The notes beneath the pieces were generated by a model. That model worked only from the letters and a program-made list of their open reading frames with translations. It ran no database searches and was not told the origin of the DNA. This document shows positions 13,813 to 25,130 of a stretch of DNA of 64,000 bases, piece after piece. Position 1 is the first letter of the stretch, and every line of letters begins with the position of its first letter. The DNA comes from Camelus ferus (taxonomy: Eukaryota), in contig NC_045697.1 in NCBI RefSeq assembly GCF_009834535.1, forward strand, positions 57,476,001 to 57,540,000, read 5' to 3'. Made by a program: the position numbers and the translations under genes.

Positions 13813-15130
13813 TTGGATGGAAACAGCGCGGCCCCCACCTCTTTATGGTACTCGATAGTGGCTTACTTGCTGGCATGGGCCCCACCCGAAGATTGGGATA
13901 CAGTGGCGCCCCAGCCAGATGACGTCTGGAAAACTCTGGAGCTGTGGGAAAACAACGTTCCACAGGCCCACCGGGAGGTGGCCGGGAGCCTGGATGTTTT
14001 TATCGGTCTTATGCCATGCCAGCCGAGAAAATAGAATTACAGATACAAGTGGAGCAGTTTACAGCGCAAGGAAGAAGAACTTGAGCAGAGACTCTGTGTG
14101 GCAGAAAGATGCCTGCATGGCTCCAGTTCCACTGCCTCTTCAAGAGCGGTAAACCCAGCACAGCCCCCCCCCCCCCATTCCACTGCGTCTACGACCCGTG
14201 GTGCGGCAGCTGGTGGAACTGGAGGAACCCATGGCCCTGGGGGGAGCTCCTGTGGGATCACGGCAAGCGACTCGACAAACCACCTACACGTCTTATACAT
14301 CGATGGACTTGTGGGACCTGGCAAAGCGGTGTAAACAGCACATGGGTGAGTCTACTACGCCTTTGGGATGATGGGACTGACCAGACTGAGCTATCTCCGA
14401 AGGAGACAGGCCAGCTGGCCAGTGTAACAACCGTCCCTTTATTGTGGCAATGGCTGCAAAACATTCCCCAGTCTAATGCTAATGCTGGCAACCATACGTT
14501 GATAAACTGGTTGATAGCTGCTGAGCGCACTGTATGGGATAATACAGGGGATTTACCTGAACACGTGAGTAAGTGGACCACGTATTTGGATCTAGGACAA
14601 GTCGCCTCAGAAATGGAAATACGCCAAATGATGTTTGCTTTGAAGTTCAGCAGCTCAGATGACAAAGTTCTTACAGCTCAGATGAAGGACTTGATTTTGG
14701 CTAACGGCCCAGCGGGTACATTGGGACCATGGCAGCACTACCAGCGCCGTATGTAGACTGCCATGTACATGAGGTAACTGAGGCTCTGGCTTGTCTAGGA
14801 GATGTGGAGGTGTGCCGAAAGGGGGTGTGTGCTGCCAAGACTCAAGGTAAGTCCACGACCTCCTCCCATGCAGTGACTCAGAAAGGAAAGTCCACGTGAG
14901 GGCAAAGAAAGAGGAATGCCTCAATTTTGGGAGGGCCCCAGAAGGTAAGTCGCCGACAAATATGGTGCAACTTACTGGCTGCTGGCTTGGACTGTGCAAA
15001 ATTGGACGGCCAACCTTTGGAGATTCTGATGGACCTGTGGAAAAAATTATGGCCTGAGCAACAATATACCCTGTTGCTGACCTCTCTACAAGCCGAGAGG
15101 TGGCCCTTAACTGATTTCCTTCCAGACTAG
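13813..15130 (+). pseudogene. gag: ERV gag, frameshifted
   Basis: Pieces in several frames: SLWYSIVAYLLAWAPPEDW; LLRLWDDG...TLINWLIAAERTVWDNTGDLPEHVSKW; GPQKVSRRQIWCNLLAAGLD...LWPEQQY. These resemble ERV-S/ERV-L Gag. No CCHC knuckle seen. Start uncertain. Confidence 0.85.
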
Positions 15131-15184
15131 GGGGAATGCCAAGGCATCCGAGACATGGGGAACCCACACAACTGGAGGCCACAT

Positions 15185-15540
15185 GGGGAAACCAGGTGAT
15201 CAGAGGCCATGTGTTGAATTGACTATCCACTGGTCCCCCACAAACGAATAGCGGATATATGCATTAGTAGATATAGGAGCTGGAATTACATTATTGTATG
15301 GAAATCTAGATCACTTTTGGGGACCATGGTTTGATATAGAGGAATATGGAAGCAAGCAAATGTGAGTTAAACAAGTGATTTTGACTTTGGGTATTGGCTG
15401 CTTGACCCCTGCTGCATATAAAGTACATATATCCCCAATAGCTGAGTATATCCTGGGAATGGCCATTTTACAAGGATTGCAAATACAGACGACCCAAGGG
15501 GAATTTCGCCTGAGAGTTCACGTGGTGAAAACAGTTACAC
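15185..15540 (+). pseudogene. pro: ERV aspartic protease, inactivated
   Basis: GDQRPCVELTIHWSP...ALVDIGAG (DTG motif reads DIG at 15270-15278) and EYILGMAIL; in-frame stops. Confidence 0.85.
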
Positions 15541-16630
15541 ATGGGCATCCCCATTATGCACCTCTGATTCTGCCACAGGCCACTCCAGTGGTGAATGTCA
15601 GGCAATCAGTTGCCCGGAGGCCACAAGGAGATAGGACAGACTATTTTGAAACTTGAGGAAGCTGGTATTATTTGGCCAATGCATCGCCCATATAACCCTC
15701 CAATGTAGCCAGTGTGGAAGCCATATGGTTCTTGGAGGATGACAGTGGACTATCAAGAACTAAACAAAGTCACCCCACATGCATGCAGCTGTGCCAAATA
15801 TAACAGACTTGATGGACTGGCTGTCCCATGAACTGGGTACTTGCCACTACGTGGTTGACCTGGCCAATGCATTCTTCTCTATAGACATAGCCCCTGAGAG
15901 CCAGGAACAGTTTGCATTTACCTGGAAAGGTAGACAATGGACGTTTGTTGTGTTACCACAGGGATATTTGCACAGCCCCACACTGTGTCATGGCCTGGTG
16001 GCCCAGGACCTGGCCATATGGAGCAAACCAGACACTGTCCAATTGCTCCATTATATAGATGACATAATGCTAACCTCTGATTCTCTTTCAGACTTGGAAT
16101 CTAGTGCCACAGCACTGAGAGAAGCCCTGGTGGGCTGGGGGTGTGCCGTGAACGAGGACAAAAGTGTTACCTGAGGCGGTGATAGACAAGATTCAGGCAT
16201 ATTCCTGCCCCGAGACAGTTAAACAGTTACACACTTACTTGGGTCTTCTTGGATACTGGCGGGTGTTTATCCCTCATCTGACCTGAATAGCTAAACCCCT
16301 TTATAAATTGATTAAGAAAGGAGAAGTCTGGGATTGGACAGATGAAGCCAAACGTGCATTTGTAGAAACTAAGAGGGCAGTGGCCCAAGCGCAGGCACTG
16401 CACACTATAGATCCTGGCCTCCCTTTCTGGCTAACAGTCCGTGTGGACGATGATGGATATGGTTGGGGATTATGGCAAAAGCATGGGCAACGGAAGGTGC
16501 CCATAGGGTTCTGGTCTCAGCTGTGGCAAGAGGCCGAATATCTTTATTCTTTAATTGAGAAACAATTGTCAGCAACGTATGCATCTTTGATAGCCACTGA
16601 GTCCCTGACGGGGAAGCAAGAAGTAGTACT
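15541..16630 (+). pseudogene. pol: ERV reverse transcriptase + connection domain, truncated before RNase H
   Basis: [43 protein letters not shown] (YIDD 16052-16063), LGLLGYWRVFIPHL, PIGFWSQLW, YSLIEKQL; stops and frameshifts present. Confidence 0.95.
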
Positions 16631-16634
16631 TGGA

Positions 16635-17506
16635 GGGCAGGGGAACCTGCTCTGTGGCAGTACTTGTTCATGTAAAGTTGACACGTCTAAGCCCCTTCTG
16701 TATTGAGCGAGGCCCCAAACCACACAGTGGGGTGGTTCGCCAAAGGGCTATGTGCTAACATCACTCGCAATGTAAATGCCTCCACTTGGTGGGATAGACA
16801 GTGTTTGATTGGCACAAAATCCACCAATTTCCTGCCGCCAGGATATCTATGGTTATGTGGCACCCATGGATGGTCATATCTCCTGGGTAAATGGACAGGG
16901 CGCTGTACTTGGGGTAAAGCGTACTTGCCTGGGCATATCCGGCCCACTTTAACAGAGCGCCCTGCAAACTGGGACCCGCAGCACACCCAGTGGCACCGTG
17001 AAAAGTGTGCAGCTTGGTGGTTTTATCCCATGGCCCTGTTCCTGCCTGGTGCCAGGACCATCATTGTAGAGTTGCAGGTAGAAGCTTTAGTTCAGCACAT
17101 ATCAGCTGCATTGAAGTCACTAGAAAAGTCATAGAGGAATTATTAGATGAAACCACCCAAATGTGAAAGGTGGTCTTACAAAACAGGATGGCATTAGATG
17201 TTCTCACTGCAAGCCAAGGCGGCACGTGTGCTCTGTTACATATCGAATGCTGTATCTATATACCAGACCACCAGAAGGAAGTAGCTGAGGCACTATAACA
17301 AATAGATCAAGAGCTAAATCACATAGATCATGTAACTGAGACCTTCTTAAGGAATGGTGGTCATCCAAACCTCCTCCTGGAGATGGGGCCTAACTGTCCT
17401 GGCCATTGTAGCTACCTGCTTAGTGACAGGATGTTGTTCTCTATATTGTTGCTGTGGTCTTTGGGCACAGGTTTCCGCTCTATGGGCCAGGGTCCCCATG
17501 ACTTAG
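16635..17506 (+). pseudogene. env: ERV env remnant (SU C-terminus + TM), gamma-type
   Basis: YLWLCGTHGWSYL..WTGRCTWG; decayed furin site REKC (16997-17008); fusion peptide [34 protein letters not shown] (17176-17226); CALLHIECC = CX6CC (17227-17253); hydrophobic anchor and Cys-rich tail ending TAG 17504-17506. Confidence 0.93.
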
Positions 17507-17515
17507 GGGGTGGAA
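17505..17515 (+). promoter_or_regulatory. Polypurine tract
   Basis: AGGGGGTGGAA immediately before the 3' LTR. Confidence 0.85.
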
Positions 17516-17859
17516 AGTCAGCAGTCTTAAGTGAGTAGGCCCTGGGACCCAGGTCAAAGGTCACAATAACTTGCATGTGTATGAGGTAAAAAATAAGTGT
17601 ACGCATGTGCTAGTAGCAGGAGTTAGCATTATGAACAATACGCAAGAGTCAATAGCATGAGTCAGCATTATGAACAATATGTATGTGCTGGCATCATAAA
17701 AGGACAAGTGCGCACACCTGCGCTCACCACCCACTTGTACTGTAATAAAGTGCTGTTTGCTCTGTGTCGGCTCCTCGCACATTATATCGGCTCCTTGCAC
17801 CTTCTTCCAACTGGGCAGCCCACCTCCTGGAATCCCTCTTCAGCCTCCCTCGGCTGACT
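17516..17859 (+). repeat. 3' LTR (344 bp)
   Basis: About 88% identical to the 5' LTR by hand alignment; AATAAA 17744-17749; termini read AG...CT. Confidence 0.97.
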
Positions 17860-20800
17860 GCCTGGTTCTGCGGAGGTCGCTGGGACTGCTGGAGTCCATG
17901 GGCACCAGGGAGAGACAGGGTTTTTGGTTCCTGGGATCCAGCACAGAGCCTGGAGCAGCTGCACTAGGCAAGCACAGGGGTGAGCCAGGTTCTGGGTTCA
18001 TGGAAGCCTACTAGGAACTTGGTTCCAAGGATGTGGTTTGAAGCTACTAGAGCCAGCTGGGGCAACTGCTCGGGCCACTGGAGCTGGTAGACACTGGGCT
18101 GAGTCGGGAGGGGGACCTTGGCTTGGCAGAAAAAGCCCATAGGGAGCCACCTGGAACTGTGAGAGCTGGTCTGATGCTGAGGCAGGCTGACTCTGGGGTT
18201 CACAGTAAAGTGAGTCCCTCACTTTACTGCCCTTTTCCCTTTTCCCATCAGGAGGGTGTCTCTCAGGCCTGGGCTACCTGGTCTTGGGTAGGGGTAATGG
18301 AGACTTGGGTTTCTGAGAGTTCATTTGGAGTCTGGTGTCATGGGAGCTGCCTGAAGCCGCTGGAGCCAGCAGGTGTCTGGGTGAAATGGGGGCTGGAATC
18401 CTTGGCTCTTGTGAAGGTAATTTTGTCCACAGATAGTTGATTGAATTGATGTGTCTGCATGGGGAGTAGCCAATAGAAATTCCTATGCTACCTTTTTGCT
18501 GATATGACTCTCTGATATAGTCTTTCTTTTATTACTATGATAGTGTGTTCTTCTATTTAAAATTTAAAGTATATGCCATCAGTTATATCACCTTATATCT
18601 TTTTTAGGCAATACACTAGAAATGCTCAGAAAAAAATACACATTAAGACCAAGTCCAACGAGCATTCTCAGCTAAATTATTTTCTATATATGTACAGAAA
18701 TAATCTTAAATGAGAATAAAAGGTTTTGAATTGCAGTAAGGTCACAACATAGTCTTTCAAAATAACAGCTTAAAATATAATACTGTAAAAGAAAACGATG
18801 GATAGCCCTTTGATTTTTAAAGTAGATTCTTTGTGATATTTGGTTATGTTCATTTTTTTCTTTGGCTGATTGGTTTGTTTACATGTTTTTGTTCATTTTA
18901 AAGCAGTAAATAGAGTGAAATTTAAAAAATAAACAACTGACTGATTCCCATTCACCTTCTGCTATTCTATAAAATTATATATCTATTTTCAGTATCTCAT
19001 AGAAATATATGTATTATATATAATACTCTAAGATACTTACATATCTTACAGCTACATAAGATTCTATAAGATACTTAGAATAGATTTATAAATAGATATA
19101 GCCCCTGCTTTATATATAACAGAAATAACATTTAGAAAACAGAAATAACCACTCATTGGTTATATTCAGAATATATGAAAGAAATCAATCTTAGCTAAAC
19201 ATTTTGGTGTACACAAAATTTAACATTTAAGTTTAACAAAATTTAAGTTGAAATAATAATTAACATTAATTGATTTTCCCTTCCCTTTGCATCAAAAAAA
19301 AGCTCATACATTTTTATATAGATACTCTTTGAAAACACAGAGTCTAATTTAAAAGTTGTAATAACATATATACTCTAAATCTTGAATTAAAATGGCAGGG
19401 AGCACAATTTGTATAAAAAATATCTTCTGTATGCACAATAATACAAAAGTAATTTTCACTCAATTGTGAGATCAGTTCCCACATCATTTCTGCTGTGCTT
19501 CATTATTAGTTAAAAGAATCATTTCTAAAATGTGTGGATGTCAACTTTACCATTGTAATATTCTTTACATAAGATTAACAAATACCACTATGAAAAACAT
19601 GACACAAAAAATCTCTTATGTTGTATCAAACAGCCTATCTCAGAAATAATTTAAAATAAAACGAACAGCAAAACCATAACAAAACTTTGATGAAGCCTAA
19701 CTATATAATTCTAGTTACTTTATTAAAAAAAAAAGATGGTACTGATTTACAGCTTACAAACTTTCACTCAATCCACAAGTTGCTTAGGACTGATCAAACT
19801 GCAGCTTGTACACGTAGTATTTTCATTGTAAAACTGCTTTCAGTATAAATAGCTAATCCATATGCTTCATTTTTCATTTTTAAAGATCAAGGCTATTCCA
19901 TCTCAAGTTTCAACTTTTTTTCTTGAGAGTGATCTTAGATTTCCTCATTCTACTATGATGCATAAATAAATATGAATTAATTTTGGAAAGAAATACTACA
20001 ATGTACCAAACACTTGAAAAACATCAATGTAAGTAACTTTATTTGTTGTTTTAAAATTATTTGTAAAATAATTTATACATACCTTTTATTTTCAGAAAAT
20101 ATAAATTGATGCTTCATCTGGAAGTTCTTCCAAAGTATATAGAACATGTAGAATAATGCTTAGAAGTAACTATGCTAATGGTTTGTTTAAAGATGTATCC
20201 TATATGTCTGTCTAAATGTAGATGATCTCCTAAATCATTCAGGACAGATTTTATATTCTATATTTTTGCTGAAACTATTTTTTAGCAGTGAATTTACTAT
20301 ATATAATGTACTTCAGAAACTACAATAGAAATATGAATATTAATAAATATTCATCCCTCCCAGGAAATTGTGACCTTGAATTTGATGGCTGGTTATTACA
20401 TAATTATTATCCTGCTTGTAGTATCATATAATTTTATGGATTTTAAAATATGTACTGCAAGTAATATTTTCCTCTCCCTCTATCCTATTTTAAGAGTTAT
20501 TACTTATAAAAGTCCTATTAACTTCATGTAAATTCAAATTCACTATTTATAAATGTTAGCTTCTAAAGTAAGACCAACTTATTTCTCTCATAAATTAAGA
20601 GGACAAAGAAATTCATTTTTTAAACACCAAAAATTTACTTCCAGCCTTGACATCAAGGCATAATGCTTTATTTTTTTAGTTTTATAGGATTATCTGAAAT
20701 TACTTTTGTAGTAGTGAACTGAAAGTACATTTTTTCTTTTCATGTTATCTAAAAAATTAATGGAATTATTGCTTATCCACTGAGATAAAATATACTCATG

Positions 20801-23124
20801 CAATTATACTTAAATTCTACTCTAAGAGTTGGTATATGAAAATGAGTTATTAATCAAGTAAGTTATTAACACACTATTTACTCTATCAAATATTATGCAG
20901 AATTATTAACTATAAGGCTTATAAGGAGTCTTAGAAACCATCTAATACCATTGTATTCCTCAAGAGGGGAACATTCTATATTGTTCCTAAAGAGGTGGAA
21001 CTTAAAGTCTTCACTTACATCAGTCAGGTTAAGAGAAGCTCATTCTTTCCTAGGGAAGATTATTCTCAAATACACGACATGAAGAGTTGTTCTTCAGGTT
21101 TAAACATTTTATAATCTCTGTCTGTTTATTCTGAATGATTTGGTATCATGATGTCTTCTTTTAGACAGCAACATGCTAAATATCCGGAGTCCTCTTGATT
21201 TTCTTTTGTAAAGTGTACTTGTCCATTTATTAATTTTTTTCATCATGCAGTTTTTATTCTTTTAATGAAGAACATTATGATGTCAAAGTTCCTATTAAAG
21301 TTTGAGATTCATAACTTAAAGACAAATCATGCTGTGATTTGATGGCCCATATATTCCTGCAGCCTAAAATCACAATACTTCTTTAAAAAATAAAGCCAAA
21401 CAAACGACTCTCCTTTATTTTTTACATAGAAAGGTAAGTATATAACATTCAAATCTTCATTCTCTTATTTGCATTTTTAAATTGTATACAAGACTCCCTT
21501 CCTATCCTTATGGAAATTATTCTCTTAGATTAAATACATAATTTCACTCTTCAGAGAATATCAACCTATAAAAAAAATCAGTGCCTACAAATTTCAGCAT
21601 ACTGCCGTAGACAAGAATTCAAGAGCAAACATAGGTAATGGTAATTAAAATATATGTTTTAATAAAGCCATAATTAAAGTAGTTTGGAAACACTGAGGAA
21701 AGAGCAACTAATCTGATTACAAATTGCAATGCGTGCCACCTTCTTAATGTCACACTCATCTAGAGATTTCCTTGGTCTGAGATACTCCCCTTCATGCACT
21801 GATGGTTTGCACACTTGGTTCACTGTATTTCTCTTCATTCATATTTCTGACATCATTCTGAGGAACTTCAGTGTTCATAATGATGACACTTCCCTAGTCC
21901 TCTTATCATGACTATTTAAATGGTTTATTTCTCATGATTAATTTCACCCCATCTCAGTCACCACCTATAAAATCACAGATTCTAGTTAGCATTGCCTAAT
22001 GCTGCTCCATCTCCCAATAAAATCCAAGTTTTTTCTCTGTAATGAGAAGATCATATTCTTACTTGTTCAACTATCCCCACCAAGTGGTGGTCATATACTA
22101 GAGAAGATGTCTTTAATTTATGCAAACCTATATCAATAACTTCCATAATTTTGAGGTGTTTTCCTCATAGATGTTTTCATTCTTTTTGCCGTTTATTTCT
22201 AAATGCTTTATCTTTTTTGTTGCTAATGTGAATAGATTTTTTTCTTCAATTATGCCTTTTAAATTATTATTTTAAGTATATATTAAAGGCTATTTTGGGG
22301 CCAATTTTATACCTTGTTAGATTGTTAAATTCTTTTTTCTCTGTTTCAGCTTTAGCATTAATTTTCTTCATATTCTAGGTATATTATTTGTAAATAGATC
22401 GTTATTTCTTCTCTTCTGTTTCTTATGGCTCTTTTTGTTTTCTAATTGCATTGGCTGACGTATCATTACTATTTTTAAATGGTAATGAATAGAGAGAGCA
22501 TTTTTTCTCTTATTTTTGACTTTAGCAGGAATGACGTTAGTGTTGCAAGTAAGATAGCAACATAATATGTTGGATGACAGATAGATACATAAATAGATGA
22601 TAAGTAACTATATAGATGATAGGTGTGACAAAACCAGGAATGGTTGTTAAATTTGTTGACTCACTATTCAGGATACTAAAGATAACCACATGACTTTTCA
22701 GATATATTTAGTGGTGAATCATGTTATTGAGTTATTCTTGCAGTTTTGGATTAAATACCATTTAATTATAATGTATAATTTTAATGTATTTTGGGGTTCT
22801 TTTGTTAATATTTCAATATTTGAATCACTAAACCAATGTTCATCTTATTTTATTAAAATAATATTTAATCATATTTCTTCATATATGATGCAGACAGTTA
22901 AAAGTACCTGGCAGAGTACCATGATGATACGGCTTTTCACATTTTGATAGAATTTATCTGTAACACCATTTAGATTTGGTTCATTGTTGTAAGGGTAGAT
23001 GAAATAATATGCTCTATATCTTTAATGTGAAATTTATTTAATTAAACTCCCTTTCTTTACAGCATTCATTTTTTGATCAATTATGTTTTCTTCGGAAATT
23101 TTCCATATCATCTAAGAGAGCATC

Positions 23125-23292
23125 AGCACATTATAACCCAGGGCAAAATATGGCCATGCTCATTCATTTGGGCTTTGTCTATGGCTGTTTTCACACTAAA
23201 ATGGCAGAGTTGAATTGTTGAGACAGTTTTGACTCACATAGCTGAAAATGTTTACTATCTGGACCTACATTGAAAAAGGTTTCTGACCTCTG
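23125..23292 (-). mobile_element. MER58-like hAT DNA transposon relic
   Basis: tgtctatggctgtttt...tggcagagttga...tttactatctggacc...ttctgacctctg. Confidence 0.7.
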
Positions 23293-23559
23293 ACCTATGT
23301 TAACAAATTTTTTTGACTAATTTTGAGCAAGTCAATCTCTGTTTTTAAATTTTTCTTTGTTTTGATAGTTATTCCTCTTTGACATTTATTTTGCATATTT
23401 GTGCTCCTTTCATAGTTAAAAAAATTGATCAGTTTCATTTTTCTATTTTATAACTTATTAACTTATGCTTTTTATTATTCTATTCCTTTTTCTTTTTTCT
23501 AATTCTTTAAAGACATCTTTTTTTTAGATTTTTGTGTGTAGAATTTTCATTATCATGGC

Positions 23560-25130
23560 TTTTTTTTAAACATTTTTTATTGATTTTTAATCATTTTACA
23601 ATGTTGTGTCAAATTCCAGTGTAGAGCACAATTTTTCAGTTATACATGAACATATATATATTCATTGAGACATTTTTTTCTCTGTGAGCTTCCATAAGAT
23701 TTTGTGTATATTTCCCTGCGCTATACAGTATAATCTTGTTTATCTGTTCTACAATTTTGAAATCCCGTCTATCCCTTCCCACCCTCTGCCCCCTTGGCAA
23801 CCACAAGTTTGTATTCTATGTCTATGAGTCTATTTCTGTTTTGTACTTATGCTTTTGTTGTTGTTGTTGTTTTTGTTTTAGATTCCACATATGAGCAATC
23901 TCATATGGTATTTTTCTTTCTCTTTCTGGCTTACTTCACTTAGAATGACATTCTCCAGGAGCATCCATGTTGCTGCAAATGGCGTTATGTTGTTGGTTTT
24001 TATGGCTGAGTAGTATTCCATTGTATAAATATACCACTTCTTCTTTATCCAGTCATCTGTTGATGGACATTTAGGCTGTTTCCATGTCTTGGCTATTGTA
24101 AATAGTGCTGCTATGAACATTGGGGTGCAGGTGTCATCCTGAAGTAGGGTTCCTTCTGGATATATGCCCAGGAGTGGGATTCCTGGGTCATACGGTAAGT
24201 CTATTCCTAATCTTTTGAGGAATCTCCATACTGTTTTCCACAGTGGCTGCACCAAACTGCATTCCCACCAGCAGTGTAGGAGGGTTCCCCTTTCTCCACA
24301 GCCTCTCCAGCATTTGTCATTTGTGGATTTTTGAATGATGGCCATTCTGACTGGTGTGAGGTGATACCTCATTGTAGTTTTGATTTGCATTTCTCTGGTA
24401 ATTAGCAATATTGAGCATTTTTTAATGTGCCTGTTGGCCATTTGTATGTATTCCTGGGGTAATGTTTGCTTAGGTTCTGCCCATTATTGACTTGGGTTGT
24501 TTGGTTTTTTTGTTATTGAATTACATGAGCTGTTTGTTTATTCTGGAAAATAAGCCCTTGTCAATCACATCATTTGAGAATATTTTCTCCCATTTCATAG
24601 TATGTCTTTTCATTTTGTTTATGGTTTCCTTTGCTATGCAAAAGCTTGTAAGTTTAATTATATCCCATTTGTTTATTTTTGCTTTTATTTCTATTGCCTC
24701 AGTAGACTGCCCTAGGAGAATATCACTGAGAGTTATGACAGAGAATGTTTTGCCCGTGTTCTCTTTTAGGAGGTTTATGGTGTATTGTCTCATGTTTAAC
24801 TCTTTAAGCCATTTTGAGTTTACTTTTATGTATAGTGTGAGGGAGTGTTCTAACTTCATTGATTAACATGCAGCTGTCTAGCTTTCCTGACACTACTTGC
24901 AAAAGAGACTATTTTCTCCATTGCATATTCTTGCCTCATTTATTGAAGATTAATTCACTGTAGATGTGTGGGTTTATTTCTGGGCTCTCTATTCTGTTCC
25001 ATTGATCCATAAGTCTATTTTTCTACCAATACCATGATGTTTTGATTACTGTAGCTCTGTAGTATTGTCTAAAGTCTGGCAGGGTTATGACTCTAGCTTT
25101 GTTCTTTTTCTTCAATATTGGTTTGGCAAT
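23560..25130 (-). mobile_element. 5'-truncated LINE-1 with young 3' portion
   Basis: Poly-T tail at ~23560; uninterrupted ORF2 C-terminus 23878-24441 ([43 protein letters not shown]); further ORF2 at 24521-24859. Confidence 0.95.

Larger units (their letters stand above)
13404..17859 (+). mobile_element. Defective class III (ERV-S/HERV-S-like) endogenous retrovirus, internally deleted
   Basis: Paired LTRs, 5-bp TSD GCCTG (13399-13403 / 17860-17864), PBS, PPT, gag-pro-RT-env order, LPQGY and YIDD RT motifs. Confidence 0.95.
10170..18520 (-). mobile_element. Rearranged older LINE-1 (ORF2 and ORF1 fragments, GC-rich 5' region), interrupted by a SINE and by the provirus
   Basis: ORF 11400-11633 is L1 ORF2 (KFLETYNLPRLNQEEIENLNRPI, PGPDGFTGKFYQ). 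ORF1-like sequence lies at ~11800-12650. The GC-rich repetitive tract 12750-13403 resumes at 17860-18520 after the provirus. Assigning that tract to the L1 5'UTR is inference. Confidence 0.75.

Noticed and set aside
14655..15230. 191-aa antisense ORF in gag (also 14258-14665)
   Set aside because: Shadow frames of GC-rich gag, with no motif or independent signals for an antisense protein.
16703..17134. env ORF as a functional or co-opted syncytin-like gene
   Set aside because: No signal peptide or ATG start, mutated furin site, frameshift before the ISD and further stops.
20083..20229. Possible minus-strand exon ending AAG|GTATGT
   Set aside because: Good donor but weak acceptor, stops in the long frames and no recognisable peptide.
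23878..24441. 187-aa ORF as a host gene
   Set aside because: It is the L1 ORF2 C-terminus of a 5'-truncated copy.
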